From an uncultured bacterium (GTDB lineage: Bacteria > Verrucomicrobiota > Verrucomicrobiia > Verrucomicrobiales > DEV007), in assembly GCA_963977015.1 (NCBI GenBank), contig CAXBMO010000001.1:192001-256000 (forward strand): 64,000 bases of DNA, given 5' to 3'. This document shows, one piece after another, positions 1 to 9,250 of this stretch. A model generated the notes under the pieces. The model saw only the letters and a list, made by a program, of their open reading frames with translations. It searched no databases and had not been told where the DNA came from. The position numbers were made by a program, and so were the translations under genes. Positions within the stretch are counted from its first letter, which is position 1; each line of letters starts with the position of its first letter.

Positions 1-824
1 TCTTCCCGCGAATGGATCAGGATGTTGGTCCCGGTTCCGCAATTAACGTCGATGGACGGGGTTTCCTTCAGGAACCAAACCCGCATTTGAAAGCGGAAAT
101 CATTGGAGGTAAGGGCTCCCACCGGACAAATGTCCGCCGTGTTGAGGGAGTAATTGTTGGCCAATTCCTTGCCTGGAGCGACCGCCAACGTGGTGTGGCT
201 GCCTCGTTCCGTGAATCCGAGCACCGGATCTTCAACAATTTCATCACAGAAGCGAATGCAGCGACTGCACATGATGCAGCGCTCGTCGTCGAGAGTAATG
301 CGGGGGCCGATCTCCACATTTTTCGGTTTCTGGACCTTTTGCTCGCGAAATCTGGACTCTCCGCTGCCGTGCTCAACGCTGAATTCCTGCAAACGGCATT
401 CGCCGGCCTGATCACAGATTGGGCAATCCAACGGGTGGTTGATGAGGAGAAATTCCATCACGCCCTTGCGGCATTCTTCCGTGAGGAGGCTGTCGGTTCG
501 GATGCCCATTCCGTCGGCGATGGTGTTGGCGCATGCGATTGCTGGGCGTGGGATCCACTGGATCGGCAAATGGCCTTCCGCATCCGGTTCCGGCGGATCC
601 TGCCCCGGGCGTGGTCGAGGCGGCATACCCATTTCCACCAAACACATCCGGCAATTGCCAGGGCTACTGAGCTTGGGGTGGTAGCAATAGTGTGGCACCT
701 CTTTGCCGACTTGCTTGCAAGCTTCAATCATCCGGGTTCCTTTCGGAAACTGGTGCCACTCCCCGTCAATTTGGACGTTGAACATGGGGACTTCTGAGGG
801 CTGGTCTGGATCGGCGGCGGCCAT
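1..824 (-). CDS. nuoG: NADH-quinone oxidoreductase subunit G, N-terminal part (runs off the window edge)
   Basis: Not in the ORF track. Manual minus-strand translation from ATG at 824 gives MAAADPDQPSEVPMFNVQIDG...HYCYHPKLSSPGNCRMCLVE...HPLDCPICDQAGECRLQ...RCIMCSRCIRFC...DICPVGALT, the NuoG Fe-S motifs. Confidence 0.93.
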   Translation of the reverse strand, partial: MAAADPDQPSEVPMFNVQIDGEWHQFPKGTRMIEACKQVGKEVPHYCYHPKLSSPGNCRMCLVEMGMPPRPRPGQDPPEPDAEGHLPIQWIPRPAIACANTIADGMGIRTDSLLTEECRKGVMEFLLINHPLDCPICDQAGECRLQEFSVEHGSGESRFREQKVQKPKNVEIGPRITLDDERCIMCSRCIRFCDEIVEDPVLGFTERGSHTTLAVAPGKELANNYSLNTADICPVGALTSNDFRFQMRVWFLKETPSIDVNCGTGTNILIHSRE

Positions 825-879
825 GTTAGAAATACCTAAAAACCCACGATGCGACAGGCAAAAACAGCGGCAACCTGAA

Positions 880-899
880 TTTGTGAAATTTTTCACAAA
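880..899. promoter_or_regulatory. Palindromic operator TTTGTGAAATTTTTCACAAA (Rex/CRP-like) between nuoG and the divergent HhH gene
   Basis: Perfect TTGTGAA-N4-TTCACAA. An identical copy lies upstream of nuoD at 40430-40449. Confidence 0.75.
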
Positions 900-957
900 G
901 TCGGTTTGATCCTTTGCGCTGCCTGCATTCGATTGATGCAAGCCTTCATCACATCCT

Positions 958-1470
958 ATGATGCCTACACTTCTCAGCGATATAGCTGGCAACAACACCT
1001 ACGTCTGGGAGTTGGTAATTCTGGTCTTGATACTGATCGCGATCTTCGCCGCCTCGTTCCTCAGCGATGAACCGGACGATTTGGAAGCTTCCGGCGGTGA
1101 TGCCGAATCAGAGGATGAACCGGATGAAGTTCCAGTCGTCGAAACGGAGGAGGCACCGGAAAAGGACGTGGATTTGGTCCACGCTTCCGGATTGTCGAAA
1201 CTCTCCAACACCCGTTCCGACAAGGATTTGGGCTTGGTTTTCGAATCGACTCCGGATGTGGTTGATGATCTCACCAAGATCAGCGGTGTGGGCAAGGTCC
1301 TTCAAGAGAAGCTCAACGATTTTGGGATCTATCGTTTCGAGCAGATTGCGGCTTGGGACGAGGCCGTGATTGCCGAGTTTTCCAAGCGTCTATCGTTCAA
1401 GGGACGGGTGGAGCGCGAGAACTGGGTAAGCCAGGCGGAGAAACTGGCGGAAGAGGTTCGCGGCAGTTGA
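958..1470 (+). CDS. Membrane-anchored helix-hairpin-helix protein (COG3743-like, resembles the C-terminal extension of alphaproteobacterial NuoE)
   Basis: N-terminal TM helix, acidic linker, then DDLTKISGVGKVLQEKLNDFGIYRFEQIAAW...GRVERENWVSQA. Confidence 0.8.
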   Translation: MMPTLLSDIAGNNTYVWELVILVLILIAIFAASFLSDEPDDLEASGGDAESEDEPDEVPVVETEEAPEKDVDLVHASGLSKLSNTRSDKDLGLVFESTPDVVDDLTKISGVGKVLQEKLNDFGIYRFEQIAAWDEAVIAEFSKRLSFKGRVERENWVSQAEKLAEEVRGS

Positions 1471-1557
1471 GCTGCCTTTTAAAGCAGCGAAGCCCCCATG
1501 GCTAGGGACCATGGAGGCTGCGTGCGTTATGTTTCGAGTTGCCGATCTTGGCGAATT

Positions 1558-2622
1558 TTACCGGGAAAGGTCAGGCCGAGGTTCCCAAACGCGTGTTTTG
1601 AGCTCGGCCTCGAAGGCCCGCTGAATTGGTTTCGATCCCGTGACAGGGGTCAAATTCCGGCTTGGAGCGATCACGTCGGGAGCCTGAATTCCGGACCCTG
1701 CATAGGTTGACCATTCGGAACTTGAGGCCACCTCTGAATTCCTTTGGCCCAGGAACGTGAAGGAAAGGATCAGGCTGACCGAGGCAAATGCGGCAGCTGT
1801 GGTAACGAAGACGATTTGGCGACGAAGGCTGCTGGGATTGAGCGGGAGCCGCTTGGAGGTCGATTTTCGGTGGAGTTCGTTTGAGGTTTTTGGGCGGGCG
1901 AGGCAAACCGGAGCCGGTGATTGGGGGCCTCCGGGGAGTATCTCCAATGGTCGCTCGCTATCCGGGAGCCGAATGTGATGCGGGCCGTCCAAAGACTTCT
2001 CCAGAAAATCGATGGCGCGACAGAAACGGAGAAAGGCCTGGTCGATGACCAAAAGGACGGAAATGTCTGGCGACTCCGCCAGTTCGCTCATGATTCGCAA
2101 GAAACTGATTCGCTCGGAAGGGGGAATTTGTTCATCGAAGAGCAACTCCAGCTCATCGACGATGCAGGTGAGGCGGGTGCGCTTTTTGTGATTCGACAAC
2201 TCGGCTTTCACCATCGCGGCCCATCCGGCCGCCGGGATGGATTGCAGGTCGCAGCGTTTCAGGGCTGGGAAGAGTTGCTCCAGAATTTGCGCTAATCCGC
2301 CAAGTTGGCTCCTCCCTGGTTGTGGAGAGAATATTGCCAGGACTCCGACCGAAGGCCGGGTGGAGAGCTCTTGGATCACACTCTTCACAATATTCGGCAT
2401 CTCCGAAGTCTGGGGCCCAGATAGCCAACAGGCGGACGCGGTTGCTTTGGAAGGGGGAACCGGGGCGAGAGCTCCAATCAGGTTTTTACGGATCGCATCG
2501 ACAAATTCCGGTTCGATTGGTCCGGGGATCTGAGAAGAAAGGGGGCGCAGCGGTGGCGATGGCTCTGGGGAAAGAGAGGGCACGGGCTGAGTTGGATTGG
2601 GTTTATTAAAGTTGAATCGCAA
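1558..2622 (-). CDS. Hypothetical membrane protein with a degenerate STAND (nSTAND1)-like P-loop domain
   Basis: 354-aa ORF. Pro-rich N-terminus, WLSGPQTSEM at the Walker A position, Walker B-like CIVDELELLF, and one TM helix near the C-terminus. Confidence 0.55.
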   Translation of the reverse strand: MRFNFNKPNPTQPVPSLSPEPSPPLRPLSSQIPGPIEPEFVDAIRKNLIGALAPVPPSKATASACWLSGPQTSEMPNIVKSVIQELSTRPSVGVLAIFSPQPGRSQLGGLAQILEQLFPALKRCDLQSIPAAGWAAMVKAELSNHKKRTRLTCIVDELELLFDEQIPPSERISFLRIMSELAESPDISVLLVIDQAFLRFCRAIDFLEKSLDGPHHIRLPDSERPLEILPGGPQSPAPVCLARPKTSNELHRKSTSKRLPLNPSSLRRQIVFVTTAAAFASVSLILSFTFLGQRNSEVASSSEWSTYAGSGIQAPDVIAPSRNLTPVTGSKPIQRAFEAELKTRVWEPRPDLSR

Positions 2623-2828
2623 TGTTGCGAATGTAACTCACCAAATCTTAGAAGTCGATAAAAATTAAATACCAATATTGCTGTTTAATTGCTATTTTTT
2701 AAAATTATTGATTGCTTGTGATTTCAGGGATGCTGAAATTTGAGATATCCTGTCGTGCTCAGCGAACTTTCTTGCTTGGCGAAAAATGCGCTTCAAATTT
2801 TGCCTAACTCTTGTAAGATCCAAGGATC

Positions 2829-3347
2829 ATGCGCGAGTTCGCTTACATTCACGAAGAGGGAAATATTCCTGAAACTCTCCAAGGAGTTCCGTTTCTGGAA
2901 TCCTTTGAAAATCAACACCTTGACGATGTCCTATATTCCAGCAGCATCATTGAATGCGACGCTGGAGACGTTGTGATTGAAGAAGGTGGGAGCGGTTCGC
3001 GGATTTACATCCTCATGGCGGGCTCGGTCGATATCAGCAAGCACGGAGAAAAGTTGGCCTCAATCACGAGTCCGGGAGAGATTTTTGGAGAGTTGGCGGC
3101 GCTTGGCGATGAAATGCGCTCGGCCACGGTTTCCTCAACAGGCAAAACGTTCTTGCTCGCCGTTGATCAGAAATTCCTCCAAGACATCAAGCCGCGGAAT
3201 GAGAACCCAAGTTTCTATGCCGCGTTTTATGAGTTTCTTGCCAAAGTCACGGCAAGGCGCCTGAAATCGACTTCAGAGGAACTCAGCCGGTTCGAGCGTG
3301 AATTGCACGAGGCCAAGGCGGAATTGGCCAAGTTAAAGGGAGAATAG
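2829..3347 (+). CDS. Cyclic nucleotide-binding domain protein with C-terminal coiled coil (no HTH)
   Basis: GDVVIEEG..IYILMAGSV..GEIFGELAAL..RSATV cNMP signature. Confidence 0.85.
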   Translation: MREFAYIHEEGNIPETLQGVPFLESFENQHLDDVLYSSSIIECDAGDVVIEEGGSGSRIYILMAGSVDISKHGEKLASITSPGEIFGELAALGDEMRSATVSSTGKTFLLAVDQKFLQDIKPRNENPSFYAAFYEFLAKVTARRLKSTSEELSRFERELHEAKAELAKLKGE

Positions 3348-3364
3348 GGGGAACTCCTGAGTTC

Positions 3365-3901
3365 TCAGGCTCCCTGGAGGAGTTTTTCGCGGCAGCGGGC
3401 AATCTCGATCTCGTCGGCGGTGGACCGCTGAATGTGCATGCTGTCCAGCAACTCGCCCACGTCTTTTCTCAGGCTCGTCCACGCTGTTTCTCGGTCTGGC
3501 CAACAAGCTTTCACATGACCAAATAGACTTTCGATACGTCCCGCGATCGTAACGTATCCTTCGTAAAGGCCCATCGAGGATCGAATTTTAGGATTGGATT
3601 TCAGGGCATTGACGATGTCGGTCACTGGGTTCAAGCCGTGAAGGCAGGCCTGCATCAACTCATCATTCAAGATCTCTGAATCTTCCGCTCTCAGGTTTTT
3701 GGACGCCTTCCAAACCGTATCCAAACAAAGCCCGATGGCTTCTTCCGCAACCTTGCCTGCCTGGTAGGGATGCCCCTGTTCCAAGACCTTGAAGAGAGGC
3801 TCGAACTCTTGCGAGTAGTTGTCAGTCCTCTTGGCGAGTTGGCCCTCCGGTAAGAAAAAGTCGCTTGAAGGTTTGGTGGGTTGGGGTGAGACGGAAGGCA
3901 T
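3365..3901 (-). CDS. Hypothetical protein
   Basis: 178-aa ORF that fills the gap directly downstream of the MMPL gene; natural helical composition. Confidence 0.65.
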   Translation of the reverse strand: MPSVSPQPTKPSSDFFLPEGQLAKRTDNYSQEFEPLFKVLEQGHPYQAGKVAEEAIGLCLDTVWKASKNLRAEDSEILNDELMQACLHGLNPVTDIVNALKSNPKIRSSMGLYEGYVTIAGRIESLFGHVKACWPDRETAWTSLRKDVGELLDSMHIQRSTADEIEIARCREKLLQGA

Positions 3902-3931
3902 TAAACAGGAAGACCAAAAAGCTTAGATTAG

Positions 3932-6343
3932 TCAACTAACTTTAGCACAATTTTGCTTGACCAAAATGCGCCACCAACCCGGTAGGAGGATGACGGCGAC
4001 GAACATGGTGCAAACGATTCCCAATGCGCAAGTCTGCCCCAAACTCGCCAGCCCGGGATGTTGCGACCATCCCAAAGATGCGAAGCCGGCCGCCGTCGAA
4101 AGCCCGCACACCAGCAGGGCCTTGCCTGTGGTTTGGCCAACCACGTCCAGGTTTCCGCCGCTTCTGCGCAAGGCCAGCTGGATGTGGATGTTGTAGTCGA
4201 GGCCGGCTCCGAGAAGGAGTGGAATCGCCATGAGATTGATCTGATTCCAGGCAATTCCCAGGCCACGCATCAGTGCCAGCAGCATGACGCAACTTAGGCC
4301 CAATGTCAGGATGCTGAGGACAACGGCCATTGGTGATCGAAACACGAGAAAGAGCGCGACAAACAGCACTACCGCAGAGGGAAGCACGACAAATCTACTG
4401 TCGTGTTGATAGAGGCGTTCCAGTGTCGGGCCCAGATTGTCCCAGCCCAGAAGTGTGATGCGCGGGTCTGCATCGGCCAGCAAGAGAAGCTCATGGCGGG
4501 TTGAATCCAGCCACACTCCGGTGGTTGATGACACGAGTCCTTTCGCGGTGGGCGGTTCGCCGGGCTCGATTCGGACGGCTTGATTCAGGAGCCAGGTCGC
4601 TTCCGGGAGTTTGCTGAAATCCGGCGACCCTCCACCGGCTTTCGCGGCCCACACGTCAAACGCGTTCCTGGCGAAACCAATCGCCGTTTCTCCAAAGTTT
4701 TCATCCAGCTTCTGCTGAACCATCGGCCACGCGGAGGACAGTTGCTGAATCGCGTCCGGGTCTTGATCGGGTTGCGGCCACAAGGCATGGGGAATGGTGG
4801 CTTTGACTCCGTTGAGTTGTTTAACCTGCTCTTCCCAGGATTCCATCGCGAGCCTGACCGACTCTTCGGTTTCTGCGCGAAACAAAACGGCGATAGGTTC
4901 TGCGCCGCCGGCTCCAAGTTCGCGGCGCAAGTTTTCATATTCGACGGCTGTCTCGGAATAGTTCGGGAGCATGGTTTCCGGTCGAGTGTCCATTTGCGGC
5001 AAGCCGCGATCGTGGAGCGCGTAACTTCCGACCGAAAGAATCACCAATCCCGCTCCGATCGCCCAACGGCTTGGGGCGGCGAGCGATCCCATATTGCGCG
5101 GCTTTCGAAGCTGTTTTCGGGCAATGAGCTGGCGGAAGAATGTCAGGCTCACAACGGAGCCCAGCACCAACCCCACACCAACCAGCGTTCCCAATTGAGC
5201 AATGCCGGGAATCGCGCTCAAGTTCAGTGCCGAGAAAACGACGGCAGTGGTTGCCGTTGCCCAAATTACGGGACGCACCACGGCTGTCTGATAGGTGTCG
5301 CTCGGATCGGATGGCTGTACCTGTTCCTGATAAACGATCACATTGTAGTCGACCACCAGCGCAATCAGGATCGCCGCGAACCCGATGCTGATGGCATTGA
5401 GTTCGCCGTAAAGCAGTCCGCCAAAGGAAATCGTCGTCAGGCAGGTGATGGCCAGTCCAATCGTCAGAACAATCAATGGATAGGCCGTGCGATAGACGAG
5501 CAAGAAGAGGAAGAGCACAATTCCAAGCGTAAACACGGCGGAGTAGATCAACTCCAGCCGCATCGTTTGATTCAACTCGACCACATAGGGAGCGTAGCCG
5601 CTGATCAGGATCTCCTCCGGGGTGAACTCGGTCCCGATGCTTTGTTTCCAGGATTCGATTCCCGCTTCAATTTTCGCCTGCCAGGCTGCCATTTCCGCGG
5701 CTTGATTTCGATCGCCGGGAAAATCGATGAGGATGGCCCGCAGGTTCTCGGAACCGAACTCCAGTCCCTCGGTTTGAGCGGAATCAGGCCTCGGCAATCC
5801 CGGGATTTGCGCCAAGCCGAGAGGATCGATGGCGAGAAATGCTTCTTCGGGTTCCAGCGAGAACGACGTCGCCAAGATTTCGAGCGCGGCGTCGATCGCG
5901 GAGTCGACTTCCCCCGGATTCGTCAGTCGTGCGGCCAAATTTCGCAATTCGGCTTGCGGACTGTTCAGCCATCCAAGGCCGGCGAGGGCGCCCATTTCTT
6001 CCAGACCTTCATCATCCTCCCACGGGAAGCGTTCCCGGACTCGATGTTCCAATTCGGGATACATTTCGCGAAGGAAAGCGGCCAGGCTTTCCGCGATTTC
6101 GCGCGGATCGCCGTCAGGAGTTGCCCGGACGGCTACAACCAGGTCGTTCTCTTGCAAAAAGTGACGCTGGTAAACTTCCCGCGCTTCGATTTCCGGTTGG
6201 TCTCGCGGAAGTGCGCTCAGGGGATTGGAGCTGAATTCCGTAAAGCGGCCCGTCACCCAGGTCAGTCCTAAAACCACACCGAGGCTGGCGAGAAGGACCC
6301 ATCTATTTTGCGCAGCTTTCAACTCGTGCCTTCCAAGCCTCAA
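3932..6343 (-). CDS. MMPL/RND-family exporter (predicted lipid exporter)
   Basis: Two repeats of 1 TM + periplasmic domain + 5 TM. ALVVDY and GAGLDY motifs. TTG start uncertain. Confidence 0.85.
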   Translation of the reverse strand: MRLGRHELKAAQNRWVLLASLGVVLGLTWVTGRFTEFSSNPLSALPRDQPEIEAREVYQRHFLQENDLVVAVRATPDGDPREIAESLAAFLREMYPELEHRVRERFPWEDDEGLEEMGALAGLGWLNSPQAELRNLAARLTNPGEVDSAIDAALEILATSFSLEPEEAFLAIDPLGLAQIPGLPRPDSAQTEGLEFGSENLRAILIDFPGDRNQAAEMAAWQAKIEAGIESWKQSIGTEFTPEEILISGYAPYVVELNQTMRLELIYSAVFTLGIVLFLFLLVYRTAYPLIVLTIGLAITCLTTISFGGLLYGELNAISIGFAAILIALVVDYNVIVYQEQVQPSDPSDTYQTAVVRPVIWATATTAVVFSALNLSAIPGIAQLGTLVGVGLVLGSVVSLTFFRQLIARKQLRKPRNMGSLAAPSRWAIGAGLVILSVGSYALHDRGLPQMDTRPETMLPNYSETAVEYENLRRELGAGGAEPIAVLFRAETEESVRLAMESWEEQVKQLNGVKATIPHALWPQPDQDPDAIQQLSSAWPMVQQKLDENFGETAIGFARNAFDVWAAKAGGGSPDFSKLPEATWLLNQAVRIEPGEPPTAKGLVSSTTGVWLDSTRHELLLLADADPRITLLGWDNLGPTLERLYQHDSRFVVLPSAVVLFVALFLVFRSPMAVVLSILTLGLSCVMLLALMRGLGIAWNQINLMAIPLLLGAGLDYNIHIQLALRRSGGNLDVVGQTTGKALLVCGLSTAAGFASLGWSQHPGLASLGQTCALGIVCTMFVAVILLPGWWRILVKQNCAKVS

Positions 6344-6380
6344 CTCTGGCAGAAATACAAACTGAATTCTTAAGTTGTCC

Positions 6381-6809
6381 TCACAAAGCCCGAATCATTT
6401 TTTGATGAGGGGCTCCGGCTTCATCGTAAATCTCACCCACGGGGACGTAGCCAAGATCGGTGTAAAAAGGGACGGCGTGAGTCTGCGAACTGAGTTCGAC
6501 CTGTTTCAATCCTCTTTCTCGAGCGATGACGGCGAGAGTTTCCATCATTTGCCGACCGATTCCCAACTTTCGGTAGCTCGAAAGAACTGCGACTCGGCCA
6601 ATGTGTCCGTCCGGGAGTAGTCTGGCTGTGCCAACTGGTTGGCCCGCTTCGTTCGTAGCCAATACGTGGCAGCAATTTCCATCCTCTCCATCCAACTCAA
6701 TTTCCGGTGCAAAACCCTGTTCTTCGACAAACACCGCAAATCGTATCGCAGAGAGTTCTGCGTGGTGCGTTTGCCAATCGACGGGCTGAATTTTGAAGTC
6801 GGAACTCAC
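6381..6809 (-). CDS. GNAT N-acetyltransferase (ElaA/YjcF-like)
   Basis: IRFAVFVEEQG, GHIGRVAV..RKLGIG, FYTDLGY...AGAPHQKM. Confidence 0.88.
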   Translation of the reverse strand: MSSDFKIQPVDWQTHHAELSAIRFAVFVEEQGFAPEIELDGEDGNCCHVLATNEAGQPVGTARLLPDGHIGRVAVLSSYRKLGIGRQMMETLAVIARERGLKQVELSSQTHAVPFYTDLGYVPVGEIYDEAGAPHQKMIRAL

Positions 6810-6935
6810 AAGGTGAAAAAATTGTCCTAAAAAACCTCAAAAAGTGACATTTGGCGACGTTTAAAAGGTAGTTGAAGCTCCCCGTATCCCGCTTAAAGCT
6901 TCGGCGCTCCCATTGAGCCAAGATTTAGATCAAAC

Positions 6936-7949
6936 ATGCGAGATTACTTCATCAGGCGACTCCTGCTCATTATTCCAACTTTGCTGGGGGTTACGCTGAT
7001 CGTCTTCATGATCACTCGCTTTGTTCCAGGCGGTCCGATGGAGCAGGCCCTGGCCCAGATGCGAGCGGTGCAGGTCGGGGGCGGAGGTGGCGTCGGGCAG
7101 GAAATGTCGCTCTCAGAGGACCAGCTCGAGGATCTCAAGAAGCTCTACGGCTTCGATAAGCCGGCCATTGTCGCGTATTTTCATTGGTTGGGACAGGCGC
7201 TGCAGGGCAGTCTGGGCGACTCGTTCATTTATCAGGAGCCGGTGACGAAGCTGATGGCCGAGCGCCTTCCCATCTCGGCTTACTTTGGAATCGTGACGCT
7301 CATCATCACCTACGTGGTTTGTGTCCCGCTCGGAATCGTCAAGGCGATTCAACACCAGAGTCCGATGGATAACCTGACGTCGATCCTCGTATTTGTGGGA
7401 TACGCCGTGCCGGGCTACGTCTTGGGAGTTCTGCTGCTTTACCTCTTTTCCTTCAAGCTCGGTTGGTTGCCTGCCAGTGGCTTCGTCAGCGCGGATTTCG
7501 AAGATAAAGGGTTTTTTGGGAAGGTGGGCGACCTTGTCAGTCACACCGTTCAGCCTCTCATTTGTTATCTGATCGGGAACTTCGCGTTTGTGACCTTCCT
7601 GATGAAGAATCACCTTCTGGAAAACCTGGCTGCGGATTATGTCCGGACAGCGGTTGCCAAAGGCGTGGAATTCAAAGATGCCGTTCGCATTCATGCGCTT
7701 CGGAACTCGCTGATCCCGGTGGCGACGAACCTGGGTCATCAGGTCAGCGTGCTGATTGCGGGGTCCTTCCTGATTGAAACGATTTTCGACATTGATGGAT
7801 TCGGGCTCCTCGGGTTCAAGTCAGCCTTGGATCGCGACTACCCGGTCGTGATGGGGGTCGTGCTTCTCTCGGCCGTGTTGATGATGATTGGCAACATTCT
7901 CTCTGACGTTTTGGTGGCGCTTGTAGATCCACGAATCCGATTCAAATGA
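6936..7949 (+). CDS. Peptide/microcin C-type ABC transporter permease (YejB-like)
   Basis: YFIRRLLLIIPTL, PGGP, DYVRTAVAKG, RDYPVVMG, DPRIRF. Confidence 0.9.
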   Translation: MRDYFIRRLLLIIPTLLGVTLIVFMITRFVPGGPMEQALAQMRAVQVGGGGGVGQEMSLSEDQLEDLKKLYGFDKPAIVAYFHWLGQALQGSLGDSFIYQEPVTKLMAERLPISAYFGIVTLIITYVVCVPLGIVKAIQHQSPMDNLTSILVFVGYAVPGYVLGVLLLYLFSFKLGWLPASGFVSADFEDKGFFGKVGDLVSHTVQPLICYLIGNFAFVTFLMKNHLLENLAADYVRTAVAKGVEFKDAVRIHALRNSLIPVATNLGHQVSVLIAGSFLIETIFDIDGFGLLGFKSALDRDYPVVMGVVLLSAVLMMIGNILSDVLVALVDPRIRFK

Positions 7950-9235
7950 TTTCCTTCGACACCATTCTCCAACACGCCAAAGGCTTGTGGCCGGTGAAGG
8001 AAGAGTTCCTTGCCTGGCCGCGTTGGAGGCAAACCGCGTTCGTCGCGATCGTGTTTCTCACGGCGTGTTTCGTGGTTCACGAATTCCTGACTCCCTACCG
8101 CTGGAGTTGGGCCCATTTGGGGCGCTTGGTGCTGAAGACGTTGTTCGTCGCCGGTCTCTACTTCGTCTCCATTCGCTGGACGCCCAATCCGCTCACCGCG
8201 AAGAAACTGGAGCAGTTTCATCAGATCAAACGCGGATACTATTCCTTTCTGATCCTGGCGGGGTTGTTGGTCATCACGATTTTTGGCCCCCTCTTGATCA
8301 GCAACCGGGCGTTGGTCGTTGGATACCAGGGGAAGATCCATTTCCCGACCTACACTGCGTTTCATCCCGGAACCGATTTCGGCTTGGATTATGAGTATGA
8401 GACGAACTATCGGGACCTGAAAAAGAAGTTCAAAGAGGAGGGTGGGGGATTCGTGATTCTTCCCTTGGTTCCCTATAGCGCGATGGAAAATGACTACGGG
8501 AATGGGATTCGCCACCCCGCTCCACCCAGCGTGGAACGTCGCCATTTCCTGGGAACGGACAAAACCGGTCGCGATGTCCTGGCACGCCTCTTTTACGGAT
8601 TTCAGATCGCGATGCTTTTTACGCTGGGATTTCTTCTCTTGGTGTATGTCATCGGGATTGCCGTTGGATGTGCCATGGGGTATTTCGGGGGCGCGATCGA
8701 TCTTCTTGGGCAGCGTCTGGTGGAGATTTGGGCAAACATTCCGTTTCTCTACATGGTGATTATTTCAGTGTCGCTGGTGCCTGCCGGAGTTTCGGTTCCG
8801 GCCCGAATCGGAGTCCTCATGTTGGTGATGGTTCTCTTTTCCTGGACCACGATGACCTTCTATATGCGGACGGCGACCTATCGGGAAAAGTCCCGCGATT
8901 ACGTGGCCGCAGCGAGGATTCTTGGAGCAAGCACCCCGCGCATTATCTTTGGGCAAGTGGTGCCGAATACGATTGCCACGATCGTGACCTTTGTTCCCTT
9001 CAATCTCGCGAGCGCCATCATTACGATTACCGCGCTCGATTACCTGAACTTTGGCCTTCCGCCACCGACGCCTAGCTGGGGCGCCATGCTCAGTGAAGGC
9101 AAGTCAAACATGCAGGCGCCCTGGATTTTGCTTTCGCCCTTTTTTGCCATGATTGGAACGCTCACGCTCGTCACGTTTGTTGGCGAGGCGATTCGTGATG
9201 CCTTCGACCCCAAGAAATTTACCATCTACCGTTAA
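7946..9235 (+). CDS. Peptide ABC transporter permease (YejE-like) with N-terminal extension
   Basis: HFLGTDKTGRDVLARLFYGF, DYVAAARILGAS, GEAIRDAFDPK. ATGA overlap with the upstream permease. Confidence 0.9.
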   Translation: MISFDTILQHAKGLWPVKEEFLAWPRWRQTAFVAIVFLTACFVVHEFLTPYRWSWAHLGRLVLKTLFVAGLYFVSIRWTPNPLTAKKLEQFHQIKRGYYSFLILAGLLVITIFGPLLISNRALVVGYQGKIHFPTYTAFHPGTDFGLDYEYETNYRDLKKKFKEEGGGFVILPLVPYSAMENDYGNGIRHPAPPSVERRHFLGTDKTGRDVLARLFYGFQIAMLFTLGFLLLVYVIGIAVGCAMGYFGGAIDLLGQRLVEIWANIPFLYMVIISVSLVPAGVSVPARIGVLMLVMVLFSWTTMTFYMRTATYREKSRDYVAAARILGASTPRIIFGQVVPNTIATIVTFVPFNLASAIITITALDYLNFGLPPPTPSWGAMLSEGKSNMQAPWILLSPFFAMIGTLTLVTFVGEAIRDAFDPKKFTIYR

Positions 9236-9250
9236 CCCTCCGACTCCCCC

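Noticed and set aside
12-797. 261-aa plus-strand ORF
   Set aside because: Antisense shadow of nuoG, whose Fe-S motifs read on the minus strand.
4580-6271. 563-aa plus-strand ORF
   Set aside because: Antisense shadow of the MMPL gene; no recognisable motifs.
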